A stretch of DNA of 64,000 nt from a virus (lineage: Duplodnaviria > Caudoviricetes): positions 1-64,000 of IMG/VR virus record IMGVR_UViG_2840054979_000001; one strand, given 5' to 3'. Under the pieces are notes generated by a model. It was not told the origin of the DNA. It saw only the letters and a program-made list of their open reading frames with translations, and did not search any database. This document shows, in pieces, positions 1-8,910 of this stretch. Position numbers and translations under genes: made by a program. Position 1 is the stretch's first letter; each line of letters begins with the position of its first letter.

Positions 1-1224
1 GTGAGCGACGAGGACAGGCGCCGTCGGGTGCGTTCGAACGGCGAGGGCGCGGTCCGCGAGGACAAGCGGAACAAGCGGTGGGTCGGGTCGATCACGCTCG
101 GTTGGGAACCGACCGCTGAGATTGACGATGCCGGCGACGAGGTGATGAAGCAACGCCGCAAATGGGTGAGCGGGAAGACCAAGCGCGAGGTGCTCGACAA
201 GCTCGACGAGCTTCGCCGCGACATCAGCCGCGGCGCCGACCTCAGCCGGGCCGACATGACCGTCGCGGCCTACCTGAACGACTGGCTCGAGCGCGTGCTG
301 CCCGGATCGGTGGCCGACGCGACCGAGGCGCAGTACCGGGACGTCGTGCACCGGCTGCTGATCCCGCGGATCGGTGAGTGCAAGCTGTCGAAGCTATCGG
401 CCCGCGACGTGTCGGGCATGTTGCTCGACATGGCCAAGCCGACCGAGACACGGCCCAGCGGATATTCGGCGAACAGCCGGCGCCTCGCCCGGTCGATTCT
501 GCGGCGCGCGTTGAGGCTCGCCCAGGCCGAAGGGCTCGTCACGCAGAATGTCGCCGCGCTCGCCAACCCTGTGAAGGCCGACCAGATCGACGGCCGAGCG
601 ATGACACCCGATCAGGCCAAGCGCTTCTTGGCGTCGATCCGTGGACACGCCGACGAGGCCGCGTTCGTGCTCATGTTGACGTGCGGGCTCCGGGTGTCGG
701 AACTGCTCGGCCTCGCCTGGGACTGCATCGAGCTCGACGGCGACGCCCCTCGACTGATGGTGCGCCGAGGGTTGAAGCGCATCAAGGGCAAGGGGTTGGT
801 GCTGTCCGACGTGAAGACGAAGAAGTCGAAGCGGGTAGTGCACCTGATTCCCACCGCGGTGACGGCGCTACGCGCACACAAGGCTCGTCTCGCCGCCGCG
901 AAGCTCGCACGGGGGTCGTCGTGGCCCGACCTGTGCTACGGGATCGACTTGGTGTTCCGCTCCCCCGTCGGCACGCCGATGGATCCGAAGAGGTACTCCG
1001 TTTCGCTGTCGGACGCGACGAAGGCCGCCGGGCTCGATCATTGGAATCCACACGCGCTCCGCCATTCGGCGGCGTCGCTTCTGATCGACCAGGGCCTCCC
1101 GCTCGAGATCGTGTCGGAGATGCTGGGGCACTCGTCGATCACGATCACGAAGGACGTGTACGGCCACCTCTACGACAGGGCCCGCAGTCAGGCCGCGGCG
1201 GCCATGCAAAGGGCGCTCGGCTGA
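1..1224 (+). CDS. int: Tyrosine recombinase / phage integrase
   Basis: Arm-binding-like N-terminus (GEGAVREDKRNKRWVGSITLG); catalytic GLRVSELLGL, HALRHSAAS, LGHSSITITKDVYGH (R-HxxR-H-Y). Confidence 0.97.
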   Translation: MSDEDRRRRVRSNGEGAVREDKRNKRWVGSITLGWEPTAEIDDAGDEVMKQRRKWVSGKTKREVLDKLDELRRDISRGADLSRADMTVAAYLNDWLERVLPGSVADATEAQYRDVVHRLLIPRIGECKLSKLSARDVSGMLLDMAKPTETRPSGYSANSRRLARSILRRALRLAQAEGLVTQNVAALANPVKADQIDGRAMTPDQAKRFLASIRGHADEAAFVLMLTCGLRVSELLGLAWDCIELDGDAPRLMVRRGLKRIKGKGLVLSDVKTKKSKRVVHLIPTAVTALRAHKARLAAAKLARGSSWPDLCYGIDLVFRSPVGTPMDPKRYSVSLSDATKAAGLDHWNPHALRHSAASLLIDQGLPLEIVSEMLGHSSITITKDVYGHLYDRARSQAAAAMQRALG

Positions 1225-1431
1225 AAAACTGACGCGGTCTCTGTGACAATCCCGCGCGAATTTTCGAGCAGAACTCCATTGGTTGTGCGCGCAGCTAACG
1301 TCCCCGCTGACTAAGTGGGCCGCGTAGTCGTGGTGGACTCGGGTGTGGTAATCCCTGGCGTAGTTGGGGTGGCGGGTACTCCGTCCTCGAGGCCGGGCGA
1401 GCGACCGGCTGGAGGAGCAGGGAGTTAGACC
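1225..1431. other. Candidate attP-containing intergenic region
   Basis: Non-coding gap right after int; GTGGGCCGCGTAG (1315-1327) resembles the reverse complement of a tRNA 3' end, but the match is only 13 nt. Confidence 0.3.
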
Positions 1432-1650
1432 ATGAAGACGAGGGTGGTGGAAACGCCCGTAGTCGCGTTCGGTGAAGCGGGCGACACTGCGACGCAACTC
1501 AGCCACCGACTCGACGGCCTGGACGATCAGATCCAGGGCCTGCGGCTCGACCTACTCGGCTTTCTGGAAGATCTCTCGGCAAGCCGAGCTCGCCTCGGGG
1601 TGGTCAACCCCGTCGCCGACGCCCTGTTGGCGCTGGCTTGGACTCGGTGA
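1432..1650 (+). CDS. Hypothetical protein
   Basis: ATG preceded by GGGAG; 72 aa helical ORF. Confidence 0.45.
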   Translation: MKTRVVETPVVAFGEAGDTATQLSHRLDGLDDQIQGLRLDLLGFLEDLSASRARLGVVNPVADALLALAWTR

Positions 1651-1990
1651 GCGGCGGCATCGTCGCCGTAGACGTGATGACACTGCGCAGCTCACCGATC
1701 AACGATCGCAAGTCGGCGATGTCGCGGGCCATCTCATCGACCCGTCGGTTCAGCCCGTCGAGCGACGTCGGTTCCGGCGCGTCCTTGTGGACCAGCGACC
1801 AGACCTCTTCGATCTCGAGGCCCAGGTAGTCGGCGATGACGGCGAACCTGTCGTCGTCGGGCCGGTTGTGGCCGGTCTCCCAGCGGGCGTAGCTCGCTTG
1901 GTGGATGCCGAAGCGTTCCGCTGTGTCGATCTGTCGTTCCTTGCGGCGCAGGCGTTCACGGCGCAGGCGCTCTCCGAGTTCGGTCGTCAT
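1604..1990 (-). CDS. XRE-family HTH immunity repressor (CI-like)
   Basis: LGERLRRERLRRKERQIDTAERFGIHQASYARWETGHNRP is an HTH_3 pattern; transcribed divergently from the early operon. Confidence 0.9.
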   Translation of the reverse strand: MTTELGERLRRERLRRKERQIDTAERFGIHQASYARWETGHNRPDDDRFAVIADYLGLEIEEVWSLVHKDAPEPTSLDGLNRRVDEMARDIADLRSLIGELRSVITSTATMPPLTESKPAPTGRRRRG

Positions 1991-2068
1991 TCCAGGTCTC
2001 CGTTCTGGTCGTGCTGCGGCGGAAGCGCTGGTTTCGGTTGGGCGATGTGCGGAAATGTGGCCCGATGG

Positions 2069-2108
2069 GTCAGATGAGTCCTGACTGTGGTGCGAGCATA
2101 GCTATGCT
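2069..2108. promoter_or_regulatory. Divergent lysis/lysogeny switch promoters with palindromes
   Basis: Perfect palindrome AGCATAGCTATGCT (2095-2108) gives a TATGCT -10 on each strand; inverted repeat GTCAG-N7-CTGAC at 2069-2085. Confidence 0.55.
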
Positions 2109-2116
2109 TGGCGAGT

Positions 2117-2365
2117 ATGACGACTGCCGCCGAGACCACTTCCTGGCCCGCCGAGGCTGACAATCCCGACGATCTCATCACGTTGGCGGAAGCTGCTCGG
2201 GTGATCGGGATCCACGAGAACACTGCGTTGAAGCTGGCCCACTCGGGCGATTTACCTGGGCTGCTGAACCCGCCGCGGCTCGGCAAGAAGTGGTGCATCT
2301 CGCGCCGTTTGATCCTTCTGTGGAAGACCACGCCGCTCACTGTAGACACCCGTGACCATGCGTGA
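2117..2365 (+). CDS. Excisionase/Cro-like HTH (HTH_17/MerR-like)
   Basis: LITLAEAARVIGIHENTALKLAHSGDLPG...RLGKKWCI; divergent from repressor. Confidence 0.85.
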   Translation: MTTAAETTSWPAEADNPDDLITLAEAARVIGIHENTALKLAHSGDLPGLLNPPRLGKKWCISRRLILLWKTTPLTVDTRDHA

Positions 2366-2410
2366 CGCGCATTTGGCTCATGTAGTCACGCTGAGTCACA
2401 GGGTTACCGG

Positions 2411-2860
2411 GTGAAACGTTCGCCGCTGCAACGGAAGGTCGCGCTGCCGCGCAGTAGCCGTCCGCTGACCCGCTCGGCGCCGATGCGTCGAACCGCCCCC
2501 CGCACACGTGACGCTCGACCTCGCCGCCGGTCCCGTCCGACCGTCGACGAGCTGGCATTCAGGGCCGCTGTCATCCGCCGCTCCGGCGGCGTGTGGGAGA
2601 ACGGCCAGGTCGTCCACGCGGGACGCTGTGAGATCCGCACGCCCAAGTGTCAGGGGCGGTCGTGGATCGCCCACCACCGCAAGCTTCGCTCGAGGCAGGG
2701 ACTGCACGATCCTTGCAACGGCCTCGCGACCTGCCATATGTGTCATGAGTATGTTCATGCGCACACCGCCGAGGCGACCGAGCACGGCGCCATCGTGCCG
2801 TCATGGGCTGACCCAGCCGAGACCGATGTCACCCCGTGGCGAGACGATCTCCGCTCATGA
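2411..2860 (+). CDS. HNH endonuclease
   Basis: CEIRTPKC...HHRKLRSRQG...NGLATCHMCHEYVH; basic MKRSPLQRK N-terminus. Confidence 0.85.
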   Translation: MKRSPLQRKVALPRSSRPLTRSAPMRRTAPRTRDARPRRRSRPTVDELAFRAAVIRRSGGVWENGQVVHAGRCEIRTPKCQGRSWIAHHRKLRSRQGLHDPCNGLATCHMCHEYVHAHTAEATEHGAIVPSWADPAETDVTPWRDDLRS

Positions 2861-2997
2861 ACCCCACCAACCCACGCCCCGAACCGCCCCGTGGAGTCAA
2901 GGCCGCCTCAACGGCCTTCGCCATCGTGGGCGTCGTGTGCGTCTCAGCGACGGTGCTCGCCATCACCGCTCGACTCGTCCTCTGGCTGCTCCGGTAG
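2857..2997 (+). CDS. Small membrane protein (46 aa, not in ORF track)
   Basis: MNPTNPRPEPPRGVKAASTAFAIVGVVCVSATVLAITARLVLWLLR; ATG overlaps the HNH stop; leaderless promoter upstream. Confidence 0.6.
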   Translation: MNPTNPRPEPPRGVKAASTAFAIVGVVCVSATVLAITARLVLWLLR

Positions 2998-3060
2998 CCG
3001 CTCCGCCAATTCAGAAATCCTCGACGCCGGCCGGCGGCGAGGGCCGAGAAAGGAACCGCC

Positions 3061-3471
3061 ATGTCCGACCAGACCGGCGTCGACGAATCCGCCGACGACG
3101 CCCACGACGAGGAACCGTCCGCGTTCATCCGATGGCTGCGCCAGTACGACGACGGGCAACTCGTCGAAGAGCTCGACGACGCGTTCAAGCAGCTGGTGAT
3201 CGAGGTTCACGGCACCGGCAAGAGCGGCAAGCTCACGCTCGAAGTCCCCGTCGGCCCGAAGGGTCGCACGATCATCACGTCCGGCGACGTGAAGGTGAAG
3301 CACCCGCCGACCGAGAAGATCCACGAGTTCTTCTTCCCCGATGCCGAAGGCGTCCTGCACCGCGACGAGCCGAACCAGTTGAAGCTCGACCTCAAGACCG
3401 TCGGCACCGTTCCGGGGAGCCTGCGCGTCGTCAACACCGAGACCGGAGAGATGAAGGAGGTCGCACGATGA
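3061..3471 (+). CDS. Conserved phage protein, usual upstream partner of DUF2303
   Basis: Strong SD GAAAGGAACC; LVIEVHGTGKSGKLTL...KVKHP...FFPDAEGVLHRDEPNQ pattern. Confidence 0.75.
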   Translation: MSDQTGVDESADDAHDEEPSAFIRWLRQYDDGQLVEELDDAFKQLVIEVHGTGKSGKLTLEVPVGPKGRTIITSGDVKVKHPPTEKIHEFFFPDAEGVLHRDEPNQLKLDLKTVGTVPGSLRVVNTETGEMKEVAR

Positions 3472-4355
3472 GCGACGCATTGAACAGCGAGTCCGTCTAC
3501 CGCTCCGAGTCGCAGGCCGGAATCCAGGCCGCCGCGATCGCCAAGGCGCTCGACCCCGTGCGATGGAGCCCAGGCGATCTGGCCACGGTGTCGGGTCCGA
3601 AGGAATGGTCGACTCACCTCGTCGACCTCGAGTCCCAACTGGCTGCGCCGCGGCGGGCCCGCGGGACTGTGCAGGTGCACTCGGCCGACTCGTTCGTCGC
3701 GGTGTGCGGCCGTCTCGTTGACGAAGAGGGCCCCGACGCGGTGGGGCTGTACGCCGACGAGACTGCCAACAAGCTGGTGGCGGTGCTGAACGACGACATC
3801 GCCAGCGCACCCGGTTGGCGCGACCACCGGGTCGAGCTCGTCCTGCGTCACACGCCGGAGTGGGAGCACTGGCATCGCAACCAGGGGCTCAAGTCGCAGC
3901 AGGACTTCGCCGAGACGATCGAGGCCGGCCTGACCGAGATCCACGAGCCGGCCGCCGCGACGATGCTGACGATCGCCGAGACGTTCGAAGCGAAGGTCGA
4001 CGTCAACTTCGCCCAGGGCGCCGACATGGGCCGTGGCCGGCGTCAGCTGACCTTCAACGAGAAGGTGACCGCCAAGGCCGGCGAGGGAGGTGCGCTGGAA
4101 ATCCCCGAGAAGATGGTGCTCGGCCTCCGACCGTTCATCGGCGGTGACGCGTACAAGGTGGAGGCGAAGATCAAGTTCCGTCTCCGCGAGGGCAAGCTGG
4201 CAATCGGCTACGTGCTCGACCGGCCGCACGAGACGTTGCGCGACGCGTTCCTCAACGACACGCAGAAGGTCGCCGCAGCGCTCCAGGTTGCGCTGCTGCA
4301 GGGCGTTGCCCCCGGGGCCGTCACGCCCCATGCCACAGCCACGGCGATCCGCTAG
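3468..4355 (+). CDS. DUF2303 (YfdQ-like) family protein
   Basis: PRRARGTVQVHSADSF, VAVLND..PGWRDHR, QQDFAETIE, IPEKMVLGLRPF motifs; SD AAGGAGG. Confidence 0.85.
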   Translation: MSDALNSESVYRSESQAGIQAAAIAKALDPVRWSPGDLATVSGPKEWSTHLVDLESQLAAPRRARGTVQVHSADSFVAVCGRLVDEEGPDAVGLYADETANKLVAVLNDDIASAPGWRDHRVELVLRHTPEWEHWHRNQGLKSQQDFAETIEAGLTEIHEPAAATMLTIAETFEAKVDVNFAQGADMGRGRRQLTFNEKVTAKAGEGGALEIPEKMVLGLRPFIGGDAYKVEAKIKFRLREGKLAIGYVLDRPHETLRDAFLNDTQKVAAALQVALLQGVAPGAVTPHATATAIR

Positions 4356-4695
4356 CGGCACGTTCACAGCCGCCGAGTACCGGCGTCTCGTCACCGAGTC
4401 CTCGTTCCAGGAGAAGGTGGTGCAGACGGCCGAGCTCGGCGGCTGGTGGGTGTGGCACGACAACGACAGCCGCCGCAACCGCGGCGGCCTACCCGACCTG
4501 ATTCTGATCCGCCCGCCGCGGGTCATCTTCGCCGAGCTCAAGAAGCACGACGGCCGCGTCCGTAGCGCGCAACAGAAGGTGCTCGGCCTCCTTGCTGACT
4601 GCCCTGACGTCGAGTCGTACCTGTGGCGACCCGACGATTTCGAGGCGATCGAACAGACCTTGGCCCGACGAGGATCCGCCTCTCGTCGACGCTGA
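4330..4695 (+). CDS. VRR-NUC domain nuclease (resolvase-like)
   Basis: ESSFQEKVV...GLPDLILIR..VIFAELKKHDGRVRSAQ (PD-(D/E)XK, VRR-NUC pattern). Confidence 0.85.
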   Translation: MPQPRRSASGTFTAAEYRRLVTESSFQEKVVQTAELGGWWVWHDNDSRRNRGGLPDLILIRPPRVIFAELKKHDGRVRSAQQKVLGLLADCPDVESYLWRPDDFEAIEQTLARRGSASRRR

Positions 4696-4731
4696 TTCCG
4701 CATGGCGGCAGACAGACCCGGGGAGGGTCCG

Positions 4732-4947
4732 ATGCCATTTGAGACCGAGATGAGCGTCCCGCTGGCGCTCATCACCGATGACCACCTGTCGTTCGAAGCA
4801 CGTGGGTTGTTCTGCTGGCTGCAGGCGACGCCGGACGCGATCAGGCTGCCGCTGACCGACATCGCAGCCCACGGGAACACGACCGTCGAGAACGTGGAGT
4901 TTGCTCTCGACGAGCTCGCCGCATACGGGTACCTGCCCAAACGATGA
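4732..4947 (+). CDS. Small winged-helix protein (Rep N-terminal-like)
   Basis: DDHLSFEARGLFCWL...ALDELAAYGYL. Confidence 0.6.
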   Translation: MPFETEMSVPLALITDDHLSFEARGLFCWLQATPDAIRLPLTDIAAHGNTTVENVEFALDELAAYGYLPKR

Positions 4948-5810
4948 GCGTCCAGTGGATCAGCTGGGTGTTCGGCGACCGACGAAACCCCGGCCTGAAC
5001 AAGCCGACCGGCGGCCGGCGGCTCGTGCTGCTCTCGCTGGCGAATCATGCCAACGACGAGGGGTGGTGCTTCCCGTCGATCGCCACGATCTCGCGCGAGG
5101 CCGGCCTGTCCGAGCGTCGCTGCCATGACGCGATCCGCTGGCTCCTGGCCGAGGGCTACATCGACCGGACGATCAACGGCGCCCCGAAGGAGATGGTCGG
5201 CCAGTACCGGTCGAACCTGTATCTGCTGAACGCTGATGCCGAGGCAGGCGTGGACTCTCCGTCCATGGCTGAATCGTCGGGGGTGGACGAATCGTCCCAG
5301 GACGCTTTGGCGCTCAGGGGTGGACGTTCTGACACGCCAGGGGTGGACGAATCGTCCGAGCAGGGGTGGACGGAACGTCCACAAGAACCATCACCTGAAC
5401 CGTCAGGTGAACCGTCTCCAGAACCGATGGTCGCCGCCGAGGCGGCGAGCGAAGAGCAGCCGACGGCGAACCAGGTGACGAAGAGAGTCGTGGACGACTA
5501 CTGGGAGTTCGTCCGCAAGGAGACCGGCAAGGTGCCCGTCGGGATCACGCACGTCGCGTTGCAGAACGTTGTGCGCCCGTTCATCGAAGCGGGCTACGGC
5601 GTTGCCGAGGTGAAGCGGGCAATGGCTGCTGTCCGTGAGCGCGGCCAGACGTTCACCCGTCAGATCGTCGAACAGCACCTCGATGGCCGTGCCAGCCAGC
5701 CCAAGGCGAACCGGACCACAACGGTCACCGACGTCGCGCGCGGCGCTCAGGACGCCGCCGCACGCTACGAAGCCGAAGAGATGACCGCATGTCACCGTCA
5801 CAGCGCATGA
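4944..5810 (+). CDS. Replication initiator (HTH_36 N-terminus)
   Basis: RLVLLSLANHANDEGWCFPSIATISREAGLSERR...L..EGYI...SNLY; EPS repeats; internal iterons. Confidence 0.85.
   Translation: MSVQWISWVFGDRRNPGLNKPTGGRRLVLLSLANHANDEGWCFPSIATISREAGLSERRCHDAIRWLLAEGYIDRTINGAPKEMVGQYRSNLYLLNADAEAGVDSPSMAESSGVDESSQDALALRGGRSDTPGVDESSEQGWTERPQEPSPEPSGEPSPEPMVAAEAASEEQPTANQVTKRVVDDYWEFVRKETGKVPVGITHVALQNVVRPFIEAGYGVAEVKRAMAAVRERGQTFTRQIVEQHLDGRASQPKANRTTTVTDVARGAQDAAARYEAEEMTACHRHSA
5248..5380. repeat. Iteron-like direct repeats / probable replication origin within the rep gene
   Basis: GGGGTGGACG at 5280, 5317, 5340, 5363 and degenerate GCGTGGAC at 5248; several copies extend to the inverted repeat GGACG-N3-CGTCC. 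Confidence 0.7.
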
Positions 5811-6568
5811 TGAAACCCGTGACACATTCCGCCGACATCCAAGTGCTCGAAGGACGCCACGTCGTCATCCACGAAGACGGCTCCAGGACGTTCGGCGTCG
5901 AGGATGCAACGAAGTTCCCGGTCGGCTCGTGGACGAACCTGTACGTGCCGACGGACCGGCTCGACGAGGTCCGTGTGATGCTCGACGCCATCGGTACCGG
6001 CGCCGGGCGGATCGTGCTCGAACGCCACCGTCAGAGCGACGGCGAGGGCTACCACGCAGCGATCGACGACACGTACGTCGAACAGGAACTGCAGCAGGCA
6101 GCGATCGCCTACATCGCTGCGTGCGACGATCACCAGGGCGACACCGCCAGGGACTTCTGGCCGCAGTCATGGCTGGAGGCAGCGTTCAAGCCGGCGAGCC
6201 AGGAGCGCAACCTCGAACGCGCCGGCGCGCTGGTCGCCGCCGAGCTCGATCGGCTCGACCGCAAGCACGCCCGGCTCGAAGGTCCGTCGGTCGCAGCCGA
6301 CGCTCCGCCCTCCCCCGTCGACGACGGCCTGCCACGAATCGAAGCGCCGCGAGGGCCGATCAGCTACGACCCCGTCGAGATCGCACGCCGCACGTTCGAA
6401 CGGACCCGTGACGGCTACGTCGACGCGATCCGCCGGATCGACGAGATCGCCAACTCCGAACCCGTCCAGATGACGGAAGCGGCCCATCTGCTCGAGCGGG
6501 CCTCCGAGCAGCTGCGCAGCCAGCTGGCCGACGTGCTGCTCGCCGACGTTCTCGGAGACGATGACTGA
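5807..6568 (+). CDS. Hypothetical phage protein
   Basis: Contains the recurring phage module ERHRQ..EGY....DD..ELQQAA.AY...WP....FKP...RNLERAGALVAAELDRLDR. Confidence 0.75.
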   Translation: MMKPVTHSADIQVLEGRHVVIHEDGSRTFGVEDATKFPVGSWTNLYVPTDRLDEVRVMLDAIGTGAGRIVLERHRQSDGEGYHAAIDDTYVEQELQQAAIAYIAACDDHQGDTARDFWPQSWLEAAFKPASQERNLERAGALVAAELDRLDRKHARLEGPSVAADAPPSPVDDGLPRIEAPRGPISYDPVEIARRTFERTRDGYVDAIRRIDEIANSEPVQMTEAAHLLERASEQLRSQLADVLLADVLGDDD

Positions 6569-6777
6569 TGCAGTCATGTGACCTGCAACCGGGCGACGTC
6601 ATCGAGTGGCGCTCGCAGCACTGGCCCGACGCCAGCCGAGCCGAGATCGAGGTCCGCAAGACCGACGACTCGGGCTGGTGGCTCGTCGACGGCACCGGGA
6701 TCTCCGACGCCGTCTTCGACCGCGACGGTTCCGGCTGGACGCTCGCCCGCCGGCCCAAGGCGGCCGCCGATGTCTGA
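6568..6777 (+). CDS. Hypothetical protein
   Basis: Translationally coupled ORF. Confidence 0.6.
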   Translation: MQSCDLQPGDVIEWRSQHWPDASRAEIEVRKTDDSGWWLVDGTGISDAVFDRDGSGWTLARRPKAAADV

Positions 6778-7048
6778 CCGCGTGATCTGGAAGTACGAGA
6801 TCCCCGTGGACGGGCTGACCCTCGAGCTCGCCCACCCGAGGATCGTGCACGTCGACCACGACCCGACCGGCATGGAGCCTGACCTACTGCCGTTCGTCTG
6901 GATCGAGCACGGCCGGCCGGGACCGCTCGAGCAGGTCGAGATCCGATTCGTCGGCACCGGCCAGCCGGTCCCTGATGCGCCGTTCCGGCACGTCGGCACC
7001 GCGATCTGCGGGCAGCTGGTCTGGCACGTCTACGCGAGGGTCACATGA
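6770..7048 (+). CDS. Hypothetical phage protein
   Basis: RVIWKYEIP...FVGTGQPVP...HVGTA...LVWHVY, a common small phage family. Confidence 0.75.
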   Translation: MSDRVIWKYEIPVDGLTLELAHPRIVHVDHDPTGMEPDLLPFVWIEHGRPGPLEQVEIRFVGTGQPVPDAPFRHVGTAICGQLVWHVYARVT

Positions 7049-7506
7049 CTTCCAACCAGGGCAGCCCCGACGACCCGCCGGTCGACGTGGATGAGGCCGC
7101 CGCCCGCCACCTGCCCGGCACCGGGCGTCAGGTGCTCCGGCACGGCGGCGATGGACCCGCAGGCCAAGACTGCGGCGTCTCCGTCGGCGAGAGGATGCCC
7201 ATCCAGGAGGGTGACCGGGGCGGTGCCGGCCCGGTCGCCGCAGTCTTCGGACGGTTCCGCGGTGGAATGGGCGCACGCGGGATCGCCGCCGCTCTCAACG
7301 AGGTCGTCGGAGCGATGTTCGACGACGCCGCCGCCGAGGTCGCGCAGCACGCCCGTCGGGCGACGCCGGCGCACACTGGGAGCCTCGCCCAGTCGATCCG
7401 CCCCCGCCAGTACGGTAAGCACGCCACCGGCGGCCACATCGGCCCGCCCACCGATCTCGCGCGCCGGTTCCCGGACGCGATCGAGACCACGGAGGCCGAC
7501 TCATGA
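7045..7506 (+). CDS. Hypothetical protein
   Basis: Coupled ORF (ATGA overlaps). Confidence 0.55.
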   Translation: MTSNQGSPDDPPVDVDEAAARHLPGTGRQVLRHGGDGPAGQDCGVSVGERMPIQEGDRGGAGPVAAVFGRFRGGMGARGIAAALNEVVGAMFDDAAAEVAQHARRATPAHTGSLAQSIRPRQYGKHATGGHIGPPTDLARRFPDAIETTEADS

Positions 7507-7778
7507 TCCGCCGCTTCCGACGCAAGTGGGTTGCGTGGCGCGGCTACAAGCAGCTGGTCCGGCTCGGATGGGAACCCGAGCGGGCCATGCTGCTGGCCAA
7601 GATCGCCGCCGGCCTCGACATCCCCGTGAAGCTGCTTGGCCCGCCCGGCATCAGCACTCACTGGTCGCAGGTCTTCCCGCCGTTCCCGAGCACGTACCCG
7701 TGGATCGAGGAAGGAACGACGCGTGGTCGTCCGTCGCCGTTCCTCGCCGCAGCGACCGACGACGAGCCGCAGCCATGA
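7503..7778 (+). CDS. Hypothetical protein
   Basis: Coupled ORF (ATGA overlaps). Confidence 0.55.
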   Translation: MIRRFRRKWVAWRGYKQLVRLGWEPERAMLLAKIAAGLDIPVKLLGPPGISTHWSQVFPPFPSTYPWIEEGTTRGRPSPFLAAATDDEPQP

Positions 7779-8023
7779 AGATCTTCCGCACGGCCACGAA
7801 CCAACATCGCTGCGAACCACCACCGGTAGCGCAAGACGGCGACATAGGCGAGTGCGACTGCGGCCGGTTCTGGATCGCCGTCACCCACAACCCACCGCCC
7901 TGGCATCGCGGCCAGTGGCCGGCCCGCCGCGGCTGGTTCGCAGGCCAGATGATCGGCTGGGAACCACTCGGCTGGCGCCGAGCACGACGACTCATCCGCA
8001 AGCTCTCCGAGCAGCCGTCATGA
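7775..8023 (+). CDS. Small Cys-containing hypothetical protein
   Basis: HRCEPP...ECDCGRFW; coupled ORF. Confidence 0.6.
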   Translation: MKIFRTATNQHRCEPPPVAQDGDIGECDCGRFWIAVTHNPPPWHRGQWPARRGWFAGQMIGWEPLGWRRARRLIRKLSEQPS

Positions 8024-8910
8024 ACCAGGTGTGGTCGTGGCTGCTGACCGTCGTCGGCGTCACCGGTCTGATCTTCGCCGGCCGGCGCCTGTGGTGGGCG
8101 TGGCTCATCGGGCTCGGTGCTCAGGGCCTGTGGCTGGCCTACGCCATTGCGACGCGCCAGTGGGGCGTCATCGTGTCGGCTGCCGCGTACGGCGCCACGT
8201 ACACGGTCAACGCCCGCCGCTGGTGGCGTGAACGCCAAGCGCCGGCGAGCGAAGAGGAACAGCTGATCGCCCAGTGGCTCGCCGTCAAGGACCGGGCGCC
8301 AATCGTCATGCCGCCCAACGTCACGTCGTACAGCGAGCGCGGCCCGAACGACCGCGTCTCGCAGAGCGCCGGCGGCTATCGGCCTCGCCAGCACTCCGGT
8401 CCGCTCCCGAAGCCGCGTGACCTGGGCCCGGCTGATCGTCTCTTCGTCGACGACCACGCCCGCCAACGCGTTCTCGTCCGCCAGCTGCTCGCTTACGCCC
8501 ACGAGCACGATGGGCCCGAGCCGCCGGCGTGGTGCATCTGCCGCTCCCACTGGAGCGAGGCCGGCGAGCACTCCACCGGGTGCGAGGCCCGCTACGACGC
8601 CGGCGTCGAGCTCATCGAACGCGCCGTCGCTGCCTACCGCTACCTCAACGACGCATCTGGGCCCAACTGGCGGTTCGTGCCCGACTGGTGCATCTGCCGC
8701 TCCCAGTACGAACGCACCGGCGCCCACGTCGACGACTGCCTCGCCAAGTTCAAAGCCGACGTCGCGCAGGTCCGCCGATCGACCGATCCGCAAGCGCGCA
8801 AGGTCCACGACACCCACTTCGAGAACCCGCCCGCCGAGTGCCGCGTCTGCGCCGCAGCGCAGCCCGATCTCGACGTCCCCGACTTCGTCCGCCCGAAGGA
8901 GACCCCGTGA
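8020..8910 (+). CDS. PnuC-like membrane N-terminus fused to duplicated Cys/His modules
   Basis: Three hydrophobic helices (WSWLLTVVGVTGL...WAWLIGL..QGLWLAYAI...); WCICRS...H...C twice. Confidence 0.65.
   Translation: MNQVWSWLLTVVGVTGLIFAGRRLWWAWLIGLGAQGLWLAYAIATRQWGVIVSAAAYGATYTVNARRWWRERQAPASEEEQLIAQWLAVKDRAPIVMPPNVTSYSERGPNDRVSQSAGGYRPRQHSGPLPKPRDLGPADRLFVDDHARQRVLVRQLLAYAHEHDGPEPPAWCICRSHWSEAGEHSTGCEARYDAGVELIERAVAAYRYLNDASGPNWRFVPDWCICRSQYERTGAHVDDCLAKFKADVAQVRRSTDPQARKVHDTHFENPPAECRVCAAAQPDLDVPDFVRPKETP

Noticed and set aside
1315-1327. Definitive att core
   Set aside because: Only 13 nt of tRNA-like sequence and no second copy in the window; kept as a low-confidence candidate.
3207-5384. 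Long minus-strand ORFs (e.g. 3207-5384, 23268-24929, 28740-30665, 56080-58134) and long Arg/Pro-rich alternative-frame ORFs
   Set aside because: Shadow ORFs expected in high-GC DNA; they overlap + strand genes with recognisable motifs and have no motifs of their own.
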